DNA of 64,000 nucleotides. Source: Eledone cirrhosa (Eukaryota). The DNA is taken from the NCBI GenBank assembly GCA_964016885.1, contig OZ024740.1, forward strand, positions 310,558,001 to 310,622,000. Reading direction: 5' to 3'. The notes beneath the pieces were generated by a model. The model was not told the DNA's origin. It searched no databases and saw only the letters and a program-made list of their open reading frames with translations. This document shows positions 52,615 to 64,000 of this stretch, piece after piece (position 1 is the stretch's first letter; each line of letters opens with the position of its first letter). The translations under genes were made by a program, and so were the position numbers.

Positions 52615-52927
52615 TAGCAGTTTAGCCCGGCGTTGCTCGGGTTTGTTCATTTGCTATGAAAAGTTACATACAGGTAAACGTGGTTTGAAAGCGAATAAGC
52701 TTATCAATTAAGTGCATAAAGCAGTTGAACCGGTTATTAAAAGTTACGAACCAATTAGCATTTTGGTCAATCAATGATGGGTTAATAATCTTCCAATAGC
52801 GAATTTAGTAGACCAATGTTGCAAGATGGTAGCCCTGATGCCGCTGGGTGTCAGATCTGTCCGCCATGGGATACCCTACCAGGAAATAGTGTTCCAGACG
52901 GCATAGCTCCCACACCTGCACCAACAT

Positions 52928-54951
52928 CTATAGCACCTCTTTGTAGACGATATTGCGTGTCATCCCTTGAGGAGAGTAAGCAAAAAGTCCATTCCTGCTC
53001 CCTGCGCGGGAACAGGCAACATAAAGTTGGCCATGGGATAAGCATGGCTCCCCCAAATGGATGCCCTCCACCGACAATGTTTGCCCTTGTGACTTGTTAA
53101 TAGACATGGCAAAACATTGTCTCACCGGGAATTGGGATCGCCGGAAATCGAACGGGATATCTGAAGCCGAGGGGAAAAGGTTCATCCTTGGAATGAAAAC
53201 ATTCTCCCCTCTTCCGCACCCCGTTACAATGGTGGCCTCAATCAAGTGGGTGTCAGTAACTTGACGACCATGCGAGTACCGTTGCACTGCTTTGGTGGAC
53301 GCAAGTTCCTTATTAGCATAATGGGACAGCCAACCCTAAGCTTAATAATGTGAGGTGGGAGCCCTGGGGGCTCAAGGAGATTTAATAACTCAACCGGATA
53401 ATTAACGATATCGTCGGGGTCTGATTTGAAGATGTGCTCTTTACCGGGAATCTTCTCAATCAGCTGCTCGTTAATAAAATTAACCATGGTATTTTTCGGA
53501 GCAAGGATGGCTGTTTCGCTGAGCCAATCGAGGTTTTTAAAGTTAGATGAGACATTAGGAAAAACTGCTTCCCAAAGGTCAGAAGGGCTGCTCACAATGT
53601 TGCACAGGGTGTCGATTGCTATGCCGCCCTTGTCATCCGCAGGGATCTTGCCCTCACCAAGTGCTAAAATGTTCTGTGCTGCAGACATGTTGTCAATATG
53701 CAAATGAGCACGCATATTTGTGCTCAGGTACAAACTATTCACCTGGAGCCACAACATGGACGACTTAAGACAGGCACGCACTTTATCAGCTCTTGTCCAT
53801 TTGGGGATGACAGGCAGCGTTTTCCGAAAATCCCCTGATAGCAGAAGGGTTACGCCACCCATAGGAGCCGTAGCTCCCTAATGTCTTTCCGGGCCCTGTC
53901 CAATGCCTCAAGGGCACCCTTGTGTGCCATTGTGCACTCATCCCAAACAATGAGGCAACATCTTTTGAGAACCAGAGCTTTGGGTGAACTCTTGCTGATA
54001 TTGCATGTTGGTGTCTCAGTTTTTACTAAATCCAAAGGGAGTTTAAAGGTTGAATGTGCTGTCCTGCCTCCCGGCAGCAAAGTAGCAGCGATCCCGGAAG
54101 ATGCAACGGACAACGCAACTTTTTTCTCCTGACGAATCTTAGCGAGAATCAAATTCGTTACAAAAGTTTTTCCGGTACCCCCAGGAGCGTTTTTTATTGG
54201 GGGGGATCAGGGTTTTTTTTTTTTTACCTTGAGGTATAACCAGTCAGTAGTTCCTTCAAAGGCTCTGGCGGTTCCGGAAGAGGGGGCAAGGTGACCTTAC
54301 CGTTTAAGCAGCACATTGCAGGTGGCTCCCCAGCCCACTTTGTAGCATTGAAGAATTGGCAATTGAAGCGCATCTCGCCTATATTTATGTCAGAGCGCAT
54401 CGAGTAATTAACGTTTTGCTCATACTTGAAAGCCCGTAGGTGCTAGTAAGGGCTGTTGGGGCTCGTCACACCGCGTGCAGCTTCTCGCCGTCGACTGTTA
54501 CGCTTGAACGTAGAACATTGGTCGTGTGGTTGGGGGAAGGTCTGGCAGCAATAGCAGAAGCAACATTTGCAATGCTAATGGACCGCCTGTCTGCATCTTC
54601 AGAAGCCATGGAAGTAGTCATAGCCGCAGCGTTCGTAGGAAGGCGAGCCGTCCGTTGTTTTAAACGTTCCAAAGACCTGGAAGCAGCATTAATCGCATCG
54701 TTTCTAGCCAGGCGCTTCGACCTTTGTTCACGGCTCTCTGAAGCCCTGGAAAAAGCCTGGTATGAAGCCATTTTGGCTAGGCGTGCGGTGCGCTGTTGGA
54801 AACTTTCAGCGGCTGGACATTCTGCTGAACGTAAGGCTGTCTGTGAAAGTCTTGAAGCATTTTCCTCAGAGGACTCGTTTGCTATAGTAGCCTTTTGCGC
54901 CACTGCTGACGCGGTATGTCGACTGAGGCGACTTCTCTTTTTAGGTGGCAT
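52928..54951 (-). pseudogene. Helitron RepHel pseudogene: N-terminus and Zn region joined to the Pif1 helicase
   Basis: MPPKKRSRL..., MCCLNGKVTLPPLPEPP, then APGGTGKTF, VASSGIAATLL, WDECTM, QFPVRQCFAMSINKSQGQTL, HGQLYVACSR. Confidence 0.93.
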
Positions 54952-55431
54952 TTTATGTCCAAAAGAAAGGGTGAAAGTTACTTCTACAGAAAAATTGACT
55001 TTGAAAGTCTACTATCTGTTTATGAATATTGTTATTGTTGTTGTGATACAAATGTTAGTAAGTAAATGGGCATCGAAAAATAAAGGGTGAAAGTTACTTC
55101 AACATAAACATTGACTTTGAAAGTATAAGGCTGATAATTGAATGTAAAAAGATTGATAAGAAAGACCCGCCAAAAATATTTACAGGTATTTGTATGTATG
55201 TGTGTATTTTTATGTCGAAAAGAAAGGGTTAAGGTTACTTCTACAGAAAAATTTAGTTTGAAAGTGTAAGGCCGATGTGTGTGTAAATTAAGTGACAGGT
55301 ATTTGTATGTATGTGTGTATATGTATGTATGTGTGTATGAAAGTGTAAGGCCGATGTGTGTGTAAATTAAGTGACAGGTATGTGTATGTATGTGTGTATA
55401 TGTATGTATGTGTGTATATGTATGTATGTAT

Positions 55432-56252
55432 GTTTTCTCTTTCTCTTAATTTTGAGTATATTTTTTGACCGGCCACCTTCCTGGTGGCAAGGTTGTAAAA
55501 GAAAAGAAATTGTCATCCCTTGAATCGCAAGAATGTTTTGCAAATTTTGAAGGTGCCAGCTATCGCAGCCATTTGTAGACTATGAATTAGGGAGCTGCGC
55601 TTTTTGTCCGCAAATCCAAGTTCAGTCATACTTTGGTCCAAGCGGGTTGGTATATAACCCGTAGCACCAATAATGATGGGTATGAAGCTAAAGGTGTATC
55701 TTGGATACTGGATTTGTAAACTCCTCATCAATGGTCCGTAGATGTCCTCCTTCTCCTGTATTTTTCTGACAACGTTTACACCAAGTGGGCAGCTGATCTC
55801 CACAACAGAACACGTTTTCAATGTGTGGTCCCAAACTACAATATCAGGCCGGTTGTGCTTTAATTTGGTGGCAGTTTTTATTTTCAGGTTCCACCAGTAT
55901 TCCTTAGTGCCATCTGTCTCAATATATTCTTCCTCGTTTGTTGTTGATTTTGTTTTCCGAAGTGCGTTCCAGATGGTTCTAGCTATCCCATCGTGTCTCA
56001 TGGGGAGGTAGTAGCGAGATGACATTCTTTCGCAGCTGGCAACAATGTGGCTTACATCCTCGATCTTTGTTTTACATAGCCTACATTTATTGTCAGCTGC
56101 TGGCCCTCCTCTTTTGTGCAGCAGATATTTGGTAGGGAGTTCTTGTTCCTGTATTGCATAGAGATATCCCTCAAGGTGTGATGTCATAAACTTGTCGGAA
56201 CTCCATGCCAGGCTTTTTGAGTGGTTTATCCCCTCTATGGTCTGTGTTTTAC
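55432..56252 (-). mobile_element. Young R4/Dong-like 3' fragment with open RLE frame
   Basis: ORF 55513-56352: EGYLYAIQEQEL, CRLC...HIVASC, RHD, RPDIVVWD...VEISCP; (CATA)n on both sides. Confidence 0.9.
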
Positions 56253-56291
56253 GTATGTATGTATGTATGTATGTATGTATGTATGTATGTA

Positions 56292-56497
56292 TGTTTTCTC
56301 TTTCTCTTAATTTTGAGTATATTTTTTTGACCGGCCACCTTCCTGGTGGCAAGGTTGTAAAAGAAAAGAAATTGTCATCCCTTGAATCGCAAGAATGTTT
56401 TGCAAATTTTGAAGGTGCCAGCTATCGCAGCCATTTGTAGACTATGAATTAGGGAGCTGCGCTTTTTGTCCGCAAATCCAAGTTCAGTCATACTTTG
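56292..56497 (-). mobile_element. Second near-identical 3' end of the same R4-like element
   Basis: Matches 55432-55636 except for one T in a run; (CATA)n flanks. Confidence 0.9.
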
Positions 56498-57431
56498 TAT
56501 TATGTATGTATGTATGTATGTATGTATGTATGTATGTATTAAAGGTTGAAAGTTACTTCAACATAAAAATTGACTTTGAAAGTATAAAGCTGATAATTGA
56601 ATGTAAAAAGATTCATAAGAAAGGCACAAAAAAAAATGTATAGGTATTTGTATGTATGTGTGTATTTTTATGTCGAAATTAAAGGGTTAAAGTTACTTAT
56701 ACAGAAAAATATAGTTTGAAAGTGTAAGGCCGATTGAAAAACTTACAGTTTAGTAAATGAAAGTCAGCTTCGAAATGGAGTTTGAACGCGCTAATACAAA
56801 AACACACACATATATCCGTCTTTTAGTGTGTCTGTTTGTTTCTCACTCCCTCTTTATCATTATATCCCTCTTTATCATTATATGCTATTGTTATTTCTAA
56901 AACAAACTGTGTATGCGTTGATTGATTGAAATTCCCGCGTTTCTGTTTCTATGACGTCAATCGTAACCATACCAACATATATGTGTGTGTATGCACCCAC
57001 ATATACGTGTGTATATGTTTTTTTTCAATGTTTCTCTTTTTCACAAACACTTATAAGAGAAGGTAGCAATTTTAAGGGGAGGTGATGAAGGGAGTAGATA
57101 TAGGAAACCTATATCATATGAGAGAGGAGAAATCATCGATTTTTTAAATAAATCGATTTTTTCCGTAATTGTGGCTATTTTATCCAATAAGTTCGCCCAT
57201 GACCCAAGTTAGAATATTTGTAAACATTCTGCTTAATTATTCATTCAATATTTTTGGAATTGTGTAAATGTATAAAATTGAAACATACATACAGACACAA
57301 AAATCTGCCTTTTATAGATAATGATATATATATATATACAAATATAATTCAGCGAGAATCGTATTTTCGCTGGTGAAAAAAGCGAAGCGAAACGCAAAAT
57401 CGTAGAAATGCTGGCAAGCGCTCAATAGTTA

Positions 57432-57890
57432 AAAAGTCCAGATGGCATGACCATCTTCCCGTTCCGCGGTGGTAAACCCTTCGTCTGGGATGCCACTTGC
57501 ACTGACACTTTCTGCAGCCGCAACCTGGTGCAGTCCTAGGTTCTGCTGCACGTCGGGCTGAGGGGGCCAAACTCCTCAAATACGGGTCGCTCTCCGACAG
57601 GTTTTCGGTCGTTCCCCTGGCAGTGGAAACTTATGGTGTCCTCGCCCCCAGGCTACCTCCTTACTCACTAACCATAGGCGCTGAATTGGCCAGCCGCAGG
57701 TGTGAGCCCCGCGAGTTGGAGTGGCTTTTCCAGCGCGTCTCCCTTGCCGTCTTCCGGGGAAACGCCTTCTCTATTCTGTCCGCCGGGGTTGTGGGTGGGC
57801 CCCATCGCGTACCAATACATTAGTTAAATACCATTCTTTCATCGTTACAACTTCTATCCACATTAATGACGTATTATCTTTGTTAAAAAA
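57432..57890 (+). mobile_element. CRE-clade non-LTR retrotransposon 3' end (RLE domain)
   Basis: KSPDGMTIFPFRGGKPFVWDATCTDT, AEGAKLLKY, VPLAVETYG, FQRVSLAVFRGNA; GC-rich island. Confidence 0.82.
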
Positions 57891-58023
57891 CTACAGCTAA
57901 ACAATAAGTTAAAACGCCATACAAAACTGAAAAAGTGGTTAAGAAGGCATTAACCACCTAAGCCAAAAAAACAAATCAAGCTAAACAGGTCAAACAAAAT
58001 AACTGATAAAAACGTGTATATAT

Positions 58024-58055
<32 letters not shown>

Positions 58056-58767
58056 GGTGGCTGCCAACTCGTTTTCGAGTACGGCCACTACTTTATATCC
58101 ATGTAGGAGAACCCCTACCGATGCGCTGAACGAGTGTGACTTTTTAGTCCAGCCAGCGACTTGAAAACTCTGGTACAAACACTACACTTGTAACAATTAT
58201 TGACACATAGTGCTGGGCCCATGGTACCATGTGACGACAAGTGCAGAGAGATCTCCAGATATAAAGCAATGCCTGTGCCGTGAAGCTTTTATAGTGCACA
58301 AAGCCAGTCCCACTCTCTTAACCAAGATGATATTTACCAAAAAGAAGAACAATATATGTGTGTATGCGTGTGTGTGTTTGTACTTTTGTGTGTGTGAATG
58401 AATGAGCGTGTGTGTAGCAGAGCAAACAAAGTTCCTATATTCCAATTGAATTATAGTGTGCGTTTTGTAAGTGAGTGTGCCATCGACATTTTAAACCGGC
58501 GTATCACTTCCCTCTCCGGGCCTAATCACAGCCGATTTATTCGCAAGAAAGAGAGGACGCAAAAGAAACTGATAATGATATAGATATAGAGTCAACCTCA
58601 GTACTTAACTGATACTTCATTTATCAAACACGAAATGATGAAAGGAATGTGAACAAAGAGAACTGTGAGTCTGAATTACGATGTGTTTAATCCGACGCCC
58701 TCGCAATCTGCTTTCGCCTCCTATTTCTTCCACACACCCCCACCTATGGCCCCCACGCCTCTATCTC

Positions 58768-58872
<105 letters not shown>

Positions 58873-60336
58873 ACATACACATACATACAATAGCAATTTT
58901 TAAACATGACGGTAGAGATACAGACGTAGATGTTTTGCATTTATATCAGATTAGTCATGGTTAATATGTTTTTGTAGATAACCTTTATGAAGTTCTGGAC
59001 ATTTTAGGTTTATAATAAATAAAATACTAACAGAGATAGAATGAAATAATTCAATAGGCGTGCGTTGCCAGCTGGAGCTTTCGTGCGATGAGATAACATA
59101 TGACAATATTGTATATTTATGTTACAAGCATATTTTTACACCGATGTAAACAAAAATATAATTTTTCAGATCACAGTAAATGCCATGCCAATCAGAGATA
59201 CCGAATAAACAAGATGATGTAGTTGCTGTAGTACATGCATTATTCACTTGGATTTAGATTTCAGCTCACATAACTCAATACACAAGACTATATTACAAAA
59301 ATGCACACGTTTGTTTAGGAATACCTGACAGAAAGAAATACTACGTCTCTTTGATAATATTTTGGGAAGCTTTAAATAATCATTTTTTTCCTCTCTTTTA
59401 AAATGCTATCGTAAACTAACAGGAAATTCAATTCCTTTCCATAAATATTCTGTTATTTTCCTAGCATAAATCTTTCTGAAATAAACCAATATTATAAAGT
59501 ATATCTTTAAAACATATTTCATTACAAAAATATTCTCCCTACAGTAGTTATTACCGTAAATGTTTCCACACTAAAGCGAAACACATTAAATATTTCAATA
59601 TATTCTGAACATATATTTAATCGGATATTCAAGCAGTATGTTTCACACCTCTTAACAGATTTTTCAGATCCCTGCGTCCGTTAAAAATAATATACAGATA
59701 AGGGAAAGCCATACGTTCAAAATACGTCTTTCTTTGTCAGTCAAAACTTTATTATTCGACAGCAGAACTAATGTTTCATGCGCAGATTAGTTAATATTGT
59801 TATTTAGCAGCGTATCTGGTATGATTGAGCACAATTCAAAAGCCTTCTTTTCATAAACATTCGGCATTTTTCTTTGCAGATATATTGCGTCTAAAATGAT
59901 ATTGTCTGATGTGTTCTACATTTTTTAACATGAAAGTGTAATGTAATTTAAGGGAGAATTGAATTGGCTCTTTTTTATAACTGAGATTGAATAACCGCAT
60001 ATAAACCACATGAAGTCCATGGTATGTATAATAATTAGTAGCTTACGATTCTGCATATTATCAAAAACAATTTTTCTAATGAAAACTTCCATTTATTAAA
60101 GCATGAGAATGAAATGAAATGAATGAAATATTTTGTTTGTATTTTAGAAAAGTGAATCAGTGTTGTTCTTCAGTAAATAAAGTTAATTAAATATTGAATT
60201 AAAACATTAAGTGCGATGTCAGAAATGCTGCGAGATGTCAGAGTTGATTAAATCGATCCAACTACTAGAATTCTATTTATATTATGAAAAGAGGAAATAA
60301 AAAATATCAGAGAATAAATATGCCTTCTTTTTCCTT

Positions 60337-60393
60337 AGCAGAAGCAGCAGCAGCAGTAGCAGGAACAGCAGTAGTAGTAGAAGCAGCAGCAGC

Positions 60394-60424
<31 letters not shown>

Positions 60425-60425
60425 A
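60337..60425. repeat. (GCA)n/(GTA)n trinucleotide repeat
   Basis: Directly visible. Confidence 0.9.
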
Positions 60426-60929
60426 TGTTGTCTCTGGGAGTAATTATAAAAACTTTCCTTCAGACATACAGAACATGAAATGATGTGAGGTGAAACAAAT
60501 AAGTTATGAAACTACGAGATGAGAAGACAAAGATATATACCATACTTATTACATATGATAAATAATTGAAATATGATTATTATTGTTGTACTTCTATTCC
60601 CAATATGTTTCATATGACATTGGAACTCCACCAGGAAAGTTCTACTTTAAGACGAATTTCAGGGTAAAGTTTCGTGGAAGACAAGCAGTTGCTTCTCCAC
60701 GCCATTGATGTTGTTGACGGGACAGGTAGCTTGTTTCCAGATGTCGTTACAGATGTTACCGTCTAAACATTAGGAATCATAGCAGATAATGAAATGTGCT
60801 TCAGTATTCAGACAATCCAACACATTCGACTGGTAAAAATAAAAATAGTTAATATTATTAATGTTCGAAATTATTATTATTCGCTTATCGCACAGCATTT
60901 GTTGCTGGTGATGTAATACTGGGTCTAAC

Positions 60930-61650
60930 TGTCCACAACCAGGGGACTGAGGTGGCACCTTCAATTGTTAATCAAATTTCTGAGTATCCTAGCAGACGAC
61001 AACTGGGATCAACACAACCTTTTTCATTGTCCACAAATGTTTCATCTCCCATGCTACTGGTTTATATCTCTCAACTTTCTTTAATAGTTTGTCAGAAACC
61101 TTATGATCAGTGAGACACGCCACATCAAGGATCAAATATTGTTTGTTAACTTTGTTCATCACCATAATATCTGGTTTGCGATGTTCAATATCATGGTCGC
61201 ATAAGACCATAATATCCAATAGAATCTTGACATTGCCGTTTTTTGTAACACCTTCTGGTTTGCGCTCATATCAATAGTTTGCTATTTCAATGCTGTATTT
61301 TCTACATAACTACCAATGAAGGATTTTTGCTACGTTATCATGGCATCGCTTGAATTTTTTTCTGTGTCAGCTTTGTGTATTGGCTGGTGATATTCCACAC
61401 ATTTTCTCCTTTTCCCCCGCATATACTATACTTTTCTCTATCTCCTGAGTTGTCAATCTGATGTTTAACATAATTTGTCATCAGGGCTTCATCTTGCGAT
61501 TAACGTCACTTTTTATACCTAGAGCCACCACTTCTTAAGCTTCTGTGTCCCTGTAAAACTTCCCGTACATCTTTTTTTTCATCTCCTTTCAGGTTCAATT
61601 TGCGTCTCCGTGTGTTCCAATTATTCTTTGCAATCTCCAATTTTAATGAC
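60930..61650 (-). mobile_element. Old R4/Dong-like RLE fragment (distinct subfamily)
   Basis: HDNVAKILHW, DHDIEHRKPDIMV..LILDVAC, VVLIPVVV. Confidence 0.75.
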
Positions 61651-62739
61651 ATTTGATTTTTTCCATTTCTAATAGCAATGATTCTACATCAATTGGGCAG
61701 ACATTCTTTCATATTGCACCAGCTTGGTCACATATTGTCTGTAGGGGTATTTCAGAATATGCCCTTTACTTTCGTTCAATGTATTCTTAGTCTGTATCCT
61801 ATAATTGGTCTTCCATTATCAGTAACAGGCAACGCGTAAAGTAGCACTCCATGTCCACAACATTCCCTTGTTTGCTGCAACTCAGTCTTGCTTGTTGGAT
61901 AGCATTTGCAGGTTGGTGACCGGACCCACCCTGCTGCATGTGGGACATCTGCCGGACATGACATCTTCACCATTGATGGTTCCTATAGCATTCACGCTGC
62001 TATTTTTTACTTCATCTGTATTTATCAATTTTTTTCTCAATTTTGAGAGATTTTTCTGGTATACACCTTAAAACCATCAGTAAAAGAATCTCCATCAAAG
62101 AATAAAAAGCTCCTGTGATCTTGGAGTTTCCACCTCCTTGGCAGGATGTTGTTCAAATTAGAAAGCTCCTCCTACCCATTATCATTTTATTATTTACAAA
62201 CACCCTAAAATGGAACCATCGAACAGCAATCTCCTTTCCTCAAACTTCGCCCAGATAAACATCCCGCCCCCGCAATTCTCAGTGAATTTTTCAAACATGT
62301 ACTTTATAGAAACATTAAATACATAACCTACATTGTAAGCAAGAGCAACATTTTGCTATATTCGTTGTTAAATCGATGATATTTCCACAGTTACCATGAC
62401 GCATTCATCCATTCACAGATACATACGGGCATATATGTCTATATTTTTTTTTCATTCGTCACCCAAGATATCAAAAATAATAAATCATCCTCAACAAGCA
62501 GACATGGTGGGGTTGCCGGTTTGACTGGCCTATCTAGAATGGCTGGAGATAGATAGGGGGCTGGTAGGTGTTATGTGGTGTATGCGAAGAGTGAAGACGG
62601 GAAATAGGTTTCAGAGAAAACAACGCAAAACGTGGGATAGACAACAGTCGACGTCTATGAAATAAACTTTTCAGGAGAGAAAACAAAAAAAAAGAGATAT
62701 TGGAAAAGTAGAAGAGTGAAGACCTCAATCATAGGGGCC

Positions 62740-63697
62740 CGAAATAAAGATATATTTCTTTATTTGCCACAAGGGCCCCAAAAATTGGACATTACAAGAC
62801 GTGACGTCGGGGGGGGGGGGATTACATAAAATCTTTAACAATAATAATGGATAAAAATAAAATATATGCAAAATAAAACAATCGAAATCTCCAATAGGGG
62901 GGAAAGTTACTGCGGGGTTGTTTTACATCCCGTGGATAAAACAACCTTCAACACCAGGAACACGTTTTGTAGGTGTTCCCGTCTTGTTTGTCTTCCACAG
63001 TATTATATACACGAGAAGGCCCATTCACTCGGGATATTTTCGCCACATTCACCCACCTTTCAGCGAATTTACTGGGGTGTAGCACCTCTTTCTCCACTCA
63101 CACCTTCCTTCTGAAGTGGAACTTAAAGAAGGGGATAAGTTGCTGTCCGGAGAGAAAGGTGTTTGCCCTCAGTCCTTGTAAACTCGTCCACCATATTACT
63201 TCTTTCGCCATAGCCACCAGACAGAGGAAAACCGCTTCTCCTTCATTCTTAAATGAAGACGGCGGGGTGATCTCCACGATGGACTCGGCTGACAACTGGA
63301 TGCGTCCCACACGTGACAGTAGCTGTTCGACATCATTCCACAGGTCAGTCACCCCTCGGCATTGCACAATTACGTGCAGAACGGTTTCGATGTCCTGCTC
63401 GCATCTTGGACATGTCCTTTAGCAGGATCTCTGCCAGGGCGTCCGTATCTGTAGATTTTGTCTTGAACTGATAGAGCGCCTCGGTAGCACTGCTAGGCCA
63501 GAGATCTCTGGAAGTTATCCATAGGCCCTGGACGGAATGTCCTCCCGAACAGACTGGTCAGTTCGACCTCCTCGATGCCTAAACTTTCCTCGAGAACGTC
63601 GTCGCACTTATCCTCCACTAATCCCCTAGAGAACGTCGAAGTGGAGTCACCGCTGATTGCCGTTTCCGCTTGGTAGAGGGCTGTGAGCACCTGAAGG
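62740..63697 (-). mobile_element. Tx1/L1-like LINE 3' fragment (zf-RVT region)
   Basis: MDNFQRSLA*QCYRGAL..., CPRCEQDIETVLHVIVQC (CCHC), AKEVIWW. Confidence 0.75.
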
Positions 63698-64000
63698 CAC
63701 TTTAGATAGATAGATAGATAGCTAGATATAGAGAGAGAGTGAGAGACAAACAGATTGTTGGAACAAAAAGAGACGGCTTAGACTTAATTCTTTAGTCAGC
63801 GCTTGAAAGATTGGCCTACCGGGAGTCAACTCCATTTTGCGGTGCTCCTCATTAAACGACGATGAAGTGCAGTTTAAAGAGACCAGCTATAGTTATTAGT
63901 TATCTACATATATAAAAGCAGACCAACAAAACAAAACCAGTACGTATATGCGTACACCAAGAGAGAGAAGGGGGAGAGAGAGGGAGAAAGAGATAGTGAT

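Larger units (their letters stand above)
52614..57324 (-). mobile_element. Second Helitron (Rep domain deleted), carrying R4-like insertions
   Basis: 3' hairpin and CTAG at 52614-52642; 5' TC at 57324 (or 57318); RepHel remnants. Confidence 0.88.

Overview
AT-rich, microsatellite-laden eukaryotic DNA, most likely from an octopod cephalopod. This is inferred from about 10 well-preserved copies of an Octopus-type tRNA-derived SINE. No host protein-coding exon could be supported. The window is mostly transposons: an intact-ORF CR1-like LINE, RTE, R4/Dong-like, CRE-like and Tx1/L1-like fragments, two decayed RepHel Helitrons plus a non-autonomous one, a pogo/Tigger-type MITE and a 40-bp minisatellite. 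Two signals stand out. (1) A Penelope-like element (PLE, 2348-4420) has TGA codons at two conserved Cys positions of its GIY-YIG region, a hammerhead ribozyme (HHR) and a degenerate SECIS-like hairpin, so it is a candidate selenocysteine-recoded retroelement. (2) There are at least 8 sequence-unrelated type I HHR cassettes, nearly all embedded in (TA)n arrays and often arranged as tandem, circularly permuted or fold-back units whose breakpoints fall in HHR stem II. All structures and alignments were read by eye; coordinates of decayed elements are approximate.
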